Below, in pieces: positions 34,989 to 43,840 of a stretch of 44,753 nt of DNA (position 1 is its first letter; each line of letters starts with the position of its first letter). The notes under the pieces are model-generated. The model was not told where the DNA came from. It did no database searches and worked only from the letters and a program-made list of their open reading frames with translations. This stretch comes from Planctomycetota bacterium (GTDB lineage Bacteria > Planctomycetota > B15-G4), in the NCBI GenBank assembly GCA_038212275.1, contig JBBQUR010000029.1:1-44753 (forward strand). The letters run 5' to 3'. The translations under genes and the position numbers were made by a program.

Positions 34989-36396
34989 CGCGCGGCCCGG
35001 TCTGCGGCCTCGCCGCGCATGGTGGCCCGCCGGCATCGCGCAGCTTCTGCTCGTGGTGCTTGTCGCCGGCTGCGCGCCGCCGTCGCCGCGGGAGCAGCTG
35101 GCTGCCGCTGCCGGCTGGCCGTCGCCCGTGGTGCTCATCGTGGTGGACACCCTGCGCCTCGATCACACGAGCCTTGGCGGATCGGCCCGCGACACGACGC
35201 CGTTCCTCGCGGAACTCGCGCGCCACGCCGTGGTCTTCGATGCGGCGCGCACCGCGTCGAGCTGGACGCGGCCGGCGATGGCCAGCCTTTTCAGCGCGCG
35301 GCTTCCCTCCAGCCACGGCTGCGTGGGCGAACTCGGCCGCGTCGCCGAGGGCGTTCCACTGCTGCCCATGCTGCTCCGCGACGCCGGATACGACACGCGC
35401 GCCATCCAGGCGAACGGGAACATGGCCTCGATCTACGGCTTCGACCGCGGCTTCACGGATTATCGCTTCGTGAAGGGGCGCCCGCTGCTGCCCTACGCCG
35501 ACGCCGCGCTGCTCTCGGACTTCGTCCAGGTGTCTGTCCAGGAGCTGCAGTCGCCGCCCTTCTTTCTCTATCTGCATTACGTGGATCCGCACGATCCGTA
35601 CCTCCTGCATCCGGAGCGCAACTGGAATCCCGGCTACACCGGCACCTTCGACGGGAGCGACGCCTCGCTCGAGCCGTTCCGGATGCGGCGGCCAAGCGCC
35701 GCCAATCAGCAGCGTGCCGTGGATCTGTACGACGGCGAGATCGCGTGGACCGACGACCGGCTCCACGAGCTCTTCAACTGGTTGCGTGCCCAGGGCGCGC
35801 TCGACCACGCCTGGATCATCATCACCAGCGATCACGGCGAGGGGCTCTGGCAACACGGGATCCAGGGCCACGCGAACGAGCTCTACGAGGAGCAGTTGCG
35901 CGTACCGCTGCTGCTGATCCCGCCGGGCGGTCTGGACAAGCCGCTGCACGTGTCCGAGCCCTTCCCGCTGATCGACCTCGCGCCCACGATGCTCGAACTG
36001 CTGGGCCTTCCGGTATGCGACGACTTCCAGGGCCGCAGCTGGGCCGGCTTCCTGCTGCGCGGCGCACTGGCGCCGACGCGACCCGTCATCGCGCAGACGG
36101 AGACTTCGTACACCGCGCTCGACGCGATCTTCGACGGGCGCTTCAAGCTCATCGTGAACAGGCGCGACGGCTCGCGAGAACTGTTCGACCTGCAGAACGA
36201 TCCGCTCGAGCTCCATCCGCAGGACCCGAAGGGCGCGGCGGCCCCCGTGGCCGAGAGACTGGATCGCGAACTCGAAGCCGCGCTCGCCGCCGCGCGCGCC
36301 CGCCGGCCTGATGTCGAGGAAAGCCAGTTGCAGTCCGTGCCCGAGGACGTCCGCCTGCAACTCAAGGCGCTCGGCTACCTGGGCGACACCAAGTAG
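34981..36396 (+). CDS. Sulfatase/alkaline phosphatase superfamily lipoprotein (Thr at the nucleophile position)
   Basis: Lipobox VAGC, VVDTLRLDH, SWTRPAMASL, HYVDPHDPY, YDGEI, SDHGE and LKALGY. Confidence 0.88.
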   Translation: MDDARPGLRPRRAWWPAGIAQLLLVVLVAGCAPPSPREQLAAAAGWPSPVVLIVVDTLRLDHTSLGGSARDTTPFLAELARHAVVFDAARTASSWTRPAMASLFSARLPSSHGCVGELGRVAEGVPLLPMLLRDAGYDTRAIQANGNMASIYGFDRGFTDYRFVKGRPLLPYADAALLSDFVQVSVQELQSPPFFLYLHYVDPHDPYLLHPERNWNPGYTGTFDGSDASLEPFRMRRPSAANQQRAVDLYDGEIAWTDDRLHELFNWLRAQGALDHAWIIITSDHGEGLWQHGIQGHANELYEEQLRVPLLLIPPGGLDKPLHVSEPFPLIDLAPTMLELLGLPVCDDFQGRSWAGFLLRGALAPTRPVIAQTETSYTALDAIFDGRFKLIVNRRDGSRELFDLQNDPLELHPQDPKGAAAPVAERLDRELEAALAAARARRPDVEESQLQSVPEDVRLQLKALGYLGDTK

Positions 36397-36424
36397 ACTG
36401 GTGCCCCATCGACCCGCGCCGGAG

Positions 36425-36823
36425 ATGCTCGTGACCCGAAAGAAGGACCTGAGCTTTGCCGAGGCGCGCGCTCGCCTCCTGGACATCCTGCACGAGGTCG
36501 AGAGCGACGGCGGCGACGTGGATCAGCTCGCGAGTCGCCTCAAGGAAGCCGCGGAGCTGCATCGGTTCTGCAATGAAAGGCTCGCAGCGGCGCGCGCGCA
36601 GGTGGCCGCCGTCGTGGCGGACCTCGCCGCAGCCGAGCAGGGCCTCGCGCATTCGGCCTCGTCTTCCGCCGACGCGGCATCGGATGCGGACGAGGACGCT
36701 GCCGACGACGGTGAGGACGAGGACGACGAGGACGACGATGAGGACTCCGCCGACGATGAGGCCCGAGACTCCGACGGCGGCGCGTCGCGCAAGGCGGGGC
36801 GTCCGGGGCGACTGCCCTTCTGA
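36425..36823 (+). CDS. xseB: Exodeoxyribonuclease VII small subunit with acidic C-terminal tail
   Basis: LSFAEARARLLDI...VDQL...AAEL..FC.ERL; lies in the xseA operon. Confidence 0.82.
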   Translation: MLVTRKKDLSFAEARARLLDILHEVESDGGDVDQLASRLKEAAELHRFCNERLAAARAQVAAVVADLAAAEQGLAHSASSSADAASDADEDAADDGEDEDDEDDDEDSADDEARDSDGGASRKAGRPGRLPF

Positions 36824-36853
36824 GTCAGCGCGCGCGCTGCGACGCGCCGTGCA

Positions 36854-37888
36854 TCAGCCCGGGAAGCTGGCGCGAAACGCGGCGCGAAGGGCATCGATCA
36901 CCGCGCTGGGCGGCATGCGCGTTTCCGCGTCCTGCTCGAGATCCGGGTCGCCGAAGTGGACCCGGTTGGCGCGGCGCGGGTTGCCGAAGCCCAGCTCCGC
37001 GATCGGGCGCTGAATGTCCGTGCACCACCAGCGGTCCGGACCGTCGGCGACGGCCGGGTCCGTGCGCTGCAGCGTCGCCACAGCCGGCTGCAGCGGCCGG
37101 CGTGTCCGGGGCGGCTGGCTGACCAGCTCAAACCACGACTCGACGCGGTTGTAGAAGCGGTAGCGGAATCCGGTGCGCGAAGGCCGCACCAGCAGCACCC
37201 GCGTGCGCGCGCCGGCCGCCAGGTGCATGCCGATGGAGGTGATCGGCCGGTCGCTGCTCACCAGCGCGAGGTCGTCGTCCGGCCAATCGCGCACCGACAC
37301 GCCTGTCCCGCTGACGATGCGTTCCACGTCCGCCACCACCGCGGCGTGCTCCTCCTGCCACAGTTCCTGAAGCAGGAAGGGTTCGTTGAGCAACTCAGGG
37401 AGGTGCTCCAGCAGCCAGTCGTAGCCAAGCTCCCAGCGCCGGGCGTCGCTCATGTCGGGCGACAGGCTGGCGGCGAGCGGGGAGCGCGGGTGATGGGTCA
37501 GCGCCGTCACCGACAGGTCGATCGCGAGCGCTTCCGGGCCATGCCAGGTGGCGAAGTCGCCCGTCGCCGCTGCATCGAGCAGCGCCGACTCCCGCGCGAG
37601 GGCCTGCTCGGGATGGAGCACCGCGAACGCGGACAGCACGCCGTCCGTGTCGTAGTGATTGTTGGCAATGGCCTCGAACGTACCCATCAGCCGGGTCTGT
37701 TCGGCCAGCTCCAGGCGCGCGAAGTTCAGCGCGATCCCCGTGGAGAGGTCGTGCTTGAGCTCGGCGGGCGTGGAATTGCCGGGCCAGTGGCTCAGGCTGC
37801 GGAAGCCGGGCTCCGTGCCGTCCACGTAGACCGTCGTGGACGAATCACTGTCCGGCGGGCAGAAGCGGAAGGACCGCGGCGAACTCAG
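36854..37888 (-). CDS. DUF6687-like protein (DHH-like phosphoesterase motif); start uncertain
   Basis: VDG...LSHWPGNSTPAELKHDLSTG...NNHYDTDGVLS...AATGDF. No clear ATG; a CTG overlapping the histone TGA is a possible start. Confidence 0.7.
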   Translation of the reverse strand: MSSPRSFRFCPPDSDSSTTVYVDGTEPGFRSLSHWPGNSTPAELKHDLSTGIALNFARLELAEQTRLMGTFEAIANNHYDTDGVLSAFAVLHPEQALARESALLDAAATGDFATWHGPEALAIDLSVTALTHHPRSPLAASLSPDMSDARRWELGYDWLLEHLPELLNEPFLLQELWQEEHAAVVADVERIVSGTGVSVRDWPDDDLALVSSDRPITSIGMHLAAGARTRVLLVRPSRTGFRYRFYNRVESWFELVSQPPRTRRPLQPAVATLQRTDPAVADGPDRWWCTDIQRPIAELGFGNPRRANRVHFGDPDLEQDAETRMPPSAVIDALRAAFRASFPG

Positions 37889-38088
37889 AGGTCGCAGGGG
37901 CGAACCGTGGAGCGCTTGTTGGCATTGGTGCGCTCGGCGGCCTTCTCGAGCGCCTGCCGCACGAGGTCGGAAACCGCTTCCGGCAGGTCGCCGGAGCACA
38001 TCAGGCCCTTCGTCTTCACGAAGGCCTTGATCTTGCTGCCGATGACAAGGCTCTCCTTGGAGTCGGATTCGGGCGTCTCGTTTTCCAT
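37885..38088 (-). CDS. Bacterial histone-fold protein (Bd0055/HMf-like, 67 aa)
   Basis: GGAGG RBS. LVIGSKIKAFVK..GLMCSGDLPEAVSDLVRQALEKAAERTNANKRSTVRPCDL carries the histone L2 signature R-x-T-V-x-x-x-D. Confidence 0.85.
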   Translation of the reverse strand: MENETPESDSKESLVIGSKIKAFVKTKGLMCSGDLPEAVSDLVRQALEKAAERTNANKRSTVRPCDL

Positions 38089-38297
38089 TGCTGGTCCTCC
38101 CTGCGTGACTTCGAACGTGCCTCGTATCGGCCCGGCAGGATACAGCGCGTCCCTGCCCGATCGAGACCGAATTTCCCGCCGTTTGAAACGACCTCCGGTG
38201 GCTGGTATCACCGACCCGGTCTCAGGATCAGGTGCACGGACTGCTACTCGTTCGGCGCCTCACCGCATTACATCGATCGTTGTCTATGGAAAGTCCC

Positions 38298-38879
38298 ATG
38301 AAGCATCACCTTGCTGCCGGCCTGCTCTCCCTCTCCCTGCTGACCTCGTGCTCATCCACGAACGCCAGCGACTACCTGCTCAATCGCGGCGGTGACCTCG
38401 TCGACATCGTTCGCCTGCACGTGATGTTCGGCAAGGGCGTTGCCGTGAAGCTCGACGTGACGCGCGGCCTGCAGCTCGGCATCGGCTGGGAATCCAATGT
38501 GTGGGCCTGGGGACTGGCCAACCGCGAAGTGGCCGGCTGGAGAGAGTCCATCTTCACGTGGGGCCTGCTGCTCGGTTACCACGACGAGAAGGAAATCGTC
38601 GGCATCGACGGCTGGTACAGCCACAGCTACGGCTGGAGGTTCGGCGCCGAGGGCGGCAGCACCTTCACGGCCTCAGAGCCTGACAACCCGCTCGACTTCC
38701 TGACCCTGCGCGGCACGCTGATGCTCGTGGTCGGCGTCGACGCCGAGATCCGCTTCGGCGAGGTGATCGACTTCCTCGTCGGCATTTTCCAGTTCGACCC
38801 GGCCGGCGACGACCGCCCGTACTCCACCTACAAGCGCCTGCCGGACGACGAGATCGAGGTCGAGGTCACGGAAGACTGA
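38298..38879 (+). CDS. Lipoprotein (LIC13411-like family)
   Basis: Lipobox LTSC, NRGGDLVDIV and GEVIDFLVGIFQFDPAGDD. Confidence 0.78.
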   Translation: MKHHLAAGLLSLSLLTSCSSTNASDYLLNRGGDLVDIVRLHVMFGKGVAVKLDVTRGLQLGIGWESNVWAWGLANREVAGWRESIFTWGLLLGYHDEKEIVGIDGWYSHSYGWRFGAEGGSTFTASEPDNPLDFLTLRGTLMLVVGVDAEIRFGEVIDFLVGIFQFDPAGDDRPYSTYKRLPDDEIEVEVTED

Positions 38880-38882
38880 TCC

Positions 38883-39401
38883 GTGCGCCGGATCGCGACG
38901 CTTGCGCTGCTGCTGTCGCTGATGCCGCTGTTGCCGGCCTGTCAGAGCCAGGACACCTACTGGCAGAACAGGTTCTACGACGCGACGGACATCGTGCAGG
39001 GCCACGTCATCGCCGGCCAGGCCTTCGGCGCGCAGATCGAAGCCACGCACTTCCTGTCGCTCGGGTGGACCTCGGAGACGAATGCGTGGTGCGCGGGCTG
39101 GTGCAACCGCCACTTCAGCAAGTGGCATGAAACCGTGTCGACGTGGGGCCTGATCCTCGGGCGCCACGACGAGCAGAAGGTCGTGGGCATCCCGCGCGTC
39201 AGCGGCTCCTACGGCTGGAAGTTCGGCAAGGGCTGGCCGACCTACCAGTCGGACAACACGCAGGCCTTCATGCCCTGGTTCGCCGTGCGCGGCACGGTGG
39301 CCGTCATCGTCGGCGTGGATATCGAGGTGCGCCTGGGCGAGGTCGTCGACTTCATCGGCGGCATTTTCACCTGGGATCCGTCGCACGACGACAAGAAGTG
39401 A
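38883..39401 (+). CDS. Lipoprotein (LIC13411-like family), tandem paralog
   Basis: Lipobox LPAC, NRFYDATDIV and GEVVDFIGGIFTWDPSHDD. Confidence 0.78.
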   Translation: MRRIATLALLLSLMPLLPACQSQDTYWQNRFYDATDIVQGHVIAGQAFGAQIEATHFLSLGWTSETNAWCAGWCNRHFSKWHETVSTWGLILGRHDEQKVVGIPRVSGSYGWKFGKGWPTYQSDNTQAFMPWFAVRGTVAVIVGVDIEVRLGEVVDFIGGIFTWDPSHDDKK

Positions 39402-39432
39402 GCCGCGAGCCGTCGGCTCGCCGGCATGGCGC

Positions 39433-41922
39433 TCAGTCCTGAAGGCGCGCGTCCATCAGGTGGTGCGTGTCGAAGAGCGAGGTCCAGTCCGCATCCATGG
39501 GGAACGGATCGAAGGGCGCCGGGTCGTTGACGCGTGAAGGGCGCACGGTGACGGCCAGTCCGAGCACCGTGCCGGCGCGCAGGCGCAGGCCTTCTTCGAT
39601 CGGGGCATTTCCCGGCACGAGCACGTCGTCGGCGCCGGGCCCGAGTCGCCGCGGGAGTACGGCGAGCAGCCGGTAGCTGCCGCCCGCCTGGCGCTCCGAC
39701 GCCACCATCGCGCCGGGCAGCGGCCGGTTTCCCACGAACACGCCGATGGGGATCGTGTTGGCGCGCAGCGTGATGCGCGACGGTCCGGCCCAGACGTCGG
39801 AGGCCGGGTTCGTCGCCGTGCCCGTGTTGACGTCCGTCTCCCAGCGACCGAGGCCACCGCTGCCATCGATGTCGAGGAACACGTCCATGGGGCGGTCCGT
39901 CAGGATCTCGAAGGCGAGCGCCTGCTCGTTCCACGATGCCGACAGCAGCACGGGCGGCTTGTCGGGATCGGCCGGCGTGGGAACGCTGGCGAGGAAGCGC
40001 GGCAGGCGCGACTTGCTCACGACGCCGGTGAAGTTGGAGAGCGGCCACGGATCCTGGCCGTCCGGCAGGCCATCATCGTCGCTGTCCGGGTTGAGCGGAT
40101 TCGTGCCGCGATACAGGCCTGCGGCGGCCTCCGCGAAATCCGGGAGCTCATCGCCGTCGGTGTCGGGGGAGAGGGGGTTGGTGCCGAAGCGCAACTCGTC
40201 GAGTGGCACGCGCGCGTCCGCATCCGGCAGCCCGTCATCGTCGCGGTCCAGCACTTCGAGGGGCCGGCGCCACGGGGGGCCGATGCGCGCGATGTCGTCG
40301 AAGCCGGCCAGCAGAAGGGCGGCGCCGTCCCAGGCCTCGTTGCCGTCGAAGGGGCGGCCGCGCGCGGTGCCGAGCATGCCCAACGGCCCGAAGTCTTCCG
40401 CGAAGTGGCCCGAAGGCAGCGGCAGCGGCTGGTCGCTGGCGGCGACCAGTGCGGCAAACACGTGCTGCAGCTCGTGCACGAAACTCCAGGCGATGTAGGG
40501 CGCCGGCCCGAGGGCGCCGCTCGGCGTGGGCACGCGCGCGCCGCGGCCCATCGCCCCGATCGAACGCCCGAGCAGGTGGAATCCGGCGTAATCGCCTTCG
40601 ACATCGTTCGCGATCGCGAACACGACGCCGAACTGGTCGTCGCGGATGCCGAGGTGCCTCAGGCGTTGCTCGATGCCGAGCATCGTCGGGCCCGTGGTGA
40701 CCGGCGTCGGGCCGGACACTGGAAGGTAGACCGGATCGAGGACCACTCGGCCGAGGCTGTGCCTGTAGATGAACAGCCGCGCGGCCTCGAGGCTCGCGAT
40801 GGCCGCCTCCTGCTCGCCCGCAGCGAACGAGTCCGTGAAGAGCGCCACGAGCACCGGGATGCGCCCGGGGGCGGTCCAGCCGGAGGGCAGCCGCTTGAAG
40901 GTGCGCACGCGCACTTCGTCGCTGTGCTCGGTGACGGGGTTGTCGAGCCGGTCGGTCCGTCGCACGGTGTAGGCGTAGGCCATGCCGGGTTCGACGGTGT
41001 CGTCGTAGTAGACGTTCGTTTCGGTGCGGCCGAGGGCCACCTCGGTCTTGTCGCCGGTCGTGCGCCGCGAGATCTGGAAGGGCGGGTCGCCCTGCAGATG
41101 CAGGGTGACGACGGCCAGGCCTGGCACCGCCTCGGGCACGGGCGGCGGAGGCGCGATCGCGGTGACCATCAGCGGCCTCATGAGGCTGCGCAACATGCCC
41201 AGGTGGGCCTGCAGGCTCACCGGACCCTGCACGCGAGTCGCCGCGCGGAAGCCGGGTTGCAGCGCGAGCGCACGCTGCGGTTCCACGACGAGCTGGATGC
41301 GTTCGGTCAGGTCAGGCCTGCCGCCGAGGCTGTCGTGGCCCAGCACGCGATAGGGGAAGCTGCCGCCGTCGGGCAGCGTTTCGGGCACATCCTCGAGCGA
41401 AATGGCCATGATCTCGAGCTGGCCTTCCACGCGAATGTCGGCAAGCGACAGCGGCGCCTCGCCTTCCAGCCGCGTCACGTCCACGCGCAGCCTGGAGACC
41501 GTGACGTCGGCGAGATGGAAGACGGCCTCGGCACCTTCGCGCACCTCGAACTCGCCGACCCTCGCCTGCTGATTGCCTTCGCCGATGACGGTGAGCGCTA
41601 CGCGTGCCGGCGTCGTCGAACCGGTGATCACCGTCACCTTGCGCACGATCTGGCCGGACTGGAATGCGAGCAGAATCTCTGCGTCCGGCACGCCAGGGAT
41701 GCGCACCGTCGTGCGCGGATCGTTGTCGAGGAGCGCGTCGGGGCCGCCGATGTCCAGCGGGGGGCCGGTCACCGTGAGCGCGCCGGCCTTTCGCCAGCCC
41801 TGCAGGTCGAACGCCGCGAAGAGTCGTTCGGAAGCGTGGGCGCGCGGCGACGACAGCGCAAGCGCAAGCGCAGTGGCGAGCGCGAAGGACACGCGAGGGG
41901 CATCGGGGAGCGCCCGTATCAC
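39433..41922 (-). CDS. Large secreted multidomain protein with FN3-like region, HExxH motif and bacterial TSP3 Ca-binding repeats
   Basis: Signal peptide ending AHA, YYDDTVEPGMAYAYTV, VHELQH, and DRDDDGLPD/DTDGDELPD/DSDDDGLPD. GTG start chosen after GGAG. Confidence 0.72.
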   Translation of the reverse strand: MIRALPDAPRVSFALATALALALSSPRAHASERLFAAFDLQGWRKAGALTVTGPPLDIGGPDALLDNDPRTTVRIPGVPDAEILLAFQSGQIVRKVTVITGSTTPARVALTVIGEGNQQARVGEFEVREGAEAVFHLADVTVSRLRVDVTRLEGEAPLSLADIRVEGQLEIMAISLEDVPETLPDGGSFPYRVLGHDSLGGRPDLTERIQLVVEPQRALALQPGFRAATRVQGPVSLQAHLGMLRSLMRPLMVTAIAPPPPVPEAVPGLAVVTLHLQGDPPFQISRRTTGDKTEVALGRTETNVYYDDTVEPGMAYAYTVRRTDRLDNPVTEHSDEVRVRTFKRLPSGWTAPGRIPVLVALFTDSFAAGEQEAAIASLEAARLFIYRHSLGRVVLDPVYLPVSGPTPVTTGPTMLGIEQRLRHLGIRDDQFGVVFAIANDVEGDYAGFHLLGRSIGAMGRGARVPTPSGALGPAPYIAWSFVHELQHVFAALVAASDQPLPLPSGHFAEDFGPLGMLGTARGRPFDGNEAWDGAALLLAGFDDIARIGPPWRRPLEVLDRDDDGLPDADARVPLDELRFGTNPLSPDTDGDELPDFAEAAAGLYRGTNPLNPDSDDDGLPDGQDPWPLSNFTGVVSKSRLPRFLASVPTPADPDKPPVLLSASWNEQALAFEILTDRPMDVFLDIDGSGGLGRWETDVNTGTATNPASDVWAGPSRITLRANTIPIGVFVGNRPLPGAMVASERQAGGSYRLLAVLPRRLGPGADDVLVPGNAPIEEGLRLRAGTVLGLAVTVRPSRVNDPAPFDPFPMDADWTSLFDTHHLMDARLQD

Positions 41923-42142
41923 GGCGTGGACTATCTCCGATCCGGGGAATTCATTCCATCCCGGTCGTGTCGACGCCCGCCTCTGCCGTCCCGGCGACCC
42001 GAGCGCCTGCGGCAGCAAGCGCGTCCCTGCCTTCCGGCTGTTATCGTGGCCGGCCCTTTGCAGGCCGTCACGGCCCTCGCCGGAGACGTCGGCGAGGTTG
42101 GAGCCGGGCGGACTTGCAGGCTCGGGCAAGGAATCAGCATTC

Positions 42143-43672
42143 ATGGCCAGCTTGAACCTTGGTGGCGCCCCTCTGGCACTGGCCGATCTGGACAGGATTC
42201 TCAACGGCCCTGCGCCGACCCTGGTTCTGGATGCCGAGGCTGCGCGGCGCGTGGCCTCGTCCCGCCGCGCCGTGGACGCGGCCATGGCCGAAGGGCGCGT
42301 CTGCTACGGCATCAACACCGGCTTCGGCAAGCTGGCCACCGTGACTGTGCCTCCGGCCAAGCTGCGGAAGCTGCAGGTGAACCTCGTGCGCAGCCATGCG
42401 GCAGGCGTCGGGCCGCACCTCGACCGCGGCGTGTGCCGACTGGCCTTCGCGCTCCGCATCTCCAATCTCTGCCGCGGCTACTCGGGCGTGCGGCGGGCGC
42501 TCATCGATCACGCACTGGCCGTCTTCAACGCGGGCATCGTGCCCATCCTGCCCAGTCGCGGTTCGGTGGGGGCCAGCGGGGATCTTGCGCCGCTTGCGCA
42601 CATGGCGCTCGTGCTCATCGGCGAAGGGCGCGCCTGGTTCGGGGACGAGGAACTGCCGGGCGCCGAGGCGCTGCGCAAGGCCGGCCTCAAGCCGCTGGTG
42701 CTGGGCGCCAAGGAGGGCCTCGCGCTGGTCAACGGCACGCAGGTTTCCACCGCGCTTCTCGCCGATGCGAGCTGCGCGGCGCTGCGCCTCGCGCGTGCCG
42801 CCGACATCGCCTGCGCGCTGACGCTCGAGGCGTACAAGGGAACCGACACGGCGTATGACGAGCGCATCCACCTGCTCCGCGGCCATCCGGGCCAGTTGCT
42901 CGTGGCATCGAATCTCAGGCGGCTGCTGGTTGGTAGCGAGATCCTCCCGGGACACAAGAACTGCGACCGCGTACAGGATCCCTACAGTCTGCGCTGCGTG
43001 CCGCAGGTGCACGGCGCCTCGCGCGACACGCTGGCGCACGTGCTCGGCGTGCTCGAGCGCGAGGCCTTCGCGGTGACGGACAATCCGCTGGTCCTCGAGG
43101 GCGGAGACATCGTGTCCGGCGGCAACTTCCATGCGCAGCCCGTGGCGCTGGCTGCGGACTCGCTGAAGGTCGCCGCGGCAGAGTGGGCCAGCATCTCGGA
43201 GCGGCGCATCGAGGACCTGGTGAATCCGGACATCTCGGGCCTGCCCGCGTTCCTCGCGCGCGAGGGCGGCCTGCAGAGCGGCCTCATGATCGCGCAGGTC
43301 ACGGCGGCAGCGCTCGTGTCGGAGAACAAGGTGCTCGCGCATCCCGCGAGCGTGGACAGCATCCCGACCTCCGCCGGCAAGGAGGACCATGTCTCGATGG
43401 CTCCGGCCGCCGGCATCCAGTGCCGGCAGATCGTGCGGCATTCCACCTATGTGGTGGCGATCGAACTCATGACGGGCTTCCACGGCCTGGCCTTCGAGAC
43501 GAAGCTCAAGGCCGGGCGCGGCGTGGAGGCCGCGAGGCGCGCGCTGAGCAAGGTGCTGGCACCGCTCAAGGACGACCGTGTCATTGCCGGCGACATCGAG
43601 GCTGTGGCCGCGCTCATCGACGACGGCTCGCTGCTGGCGGCGGTGGAGAAGGTCATCGGCCCGCTGCCGTGA
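42143..43672 (+). CDS. hutH: Histidine ammonia-lyase
   Basis: YGINTGFG, LVRSHAAG, GSVGASGDLAPL (MIO), KEGLALVNG, QDPYSLRC.PQVHG, SGGNFH and EDHVSM. Confidence 0.96.
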   Translation: MASLNLGGAPLALADLDRILNGPAPTLVLDAEAARRVASSRRAVDAAMAEGRVCYGINTGFGKLATVTVPPAKLRKLQVNLVRSHAAGVGPHLDRGVCRLAFALRISNLCRGYSGVRRALIDHALAVFNAGIVPILPSRGSVGASGDLAPLAHMALVLIGEGRAWFGDEELPGAEALRKAGLKPLVLGAKEGLALVNGTQVSTALLADASCAALRLARAADIACALTLEAYKGTDTAYDERIHLLRGHPGQLLVASNLRRLLVGSEILPGHKNCDRVQDPYSLRCVPQVHGASRDTLAHVLGVLEREAFAVTDNPLVLEGGDIVSGGNFHAQPVALAADSLKVAAAEWASISERRIEDLVNPDISGLPAFLAREGGLQSGLMIAQVTAAALVSENKVLAHPASVDSIPTSAGKEDHVSMAPAAGIQCRQIVRHSTYVVAIELMTGFHGLAFETKLKAGRGVEAARRALSKVLAPLKDDRVIAGDIEAVAALIDDGSLLAAVEKVIGPLP

Positions 43673-43840
43673 CGGCGTGCGGCGCGTGCCGCACGGCGTG
43701 AGGGGCGCGGCGTCCGGGGCGGCGCGCGTGCCCGGGCAATCCGTAAGATGTCCCGCTTCTCACGCAGCGGGACTCCGCGGTGGCCGCCCGTTGCGGTGGT
43801 GCAACACGCTCCGTCCCGTCGACCACGCCGGAACCACCGC

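Noticed and set aside
41930..42142. HutC operator upstream of hutH
   Set aside because: No TGTA-N2-TACA-like palindrome is visible and there is no hutC in the window.
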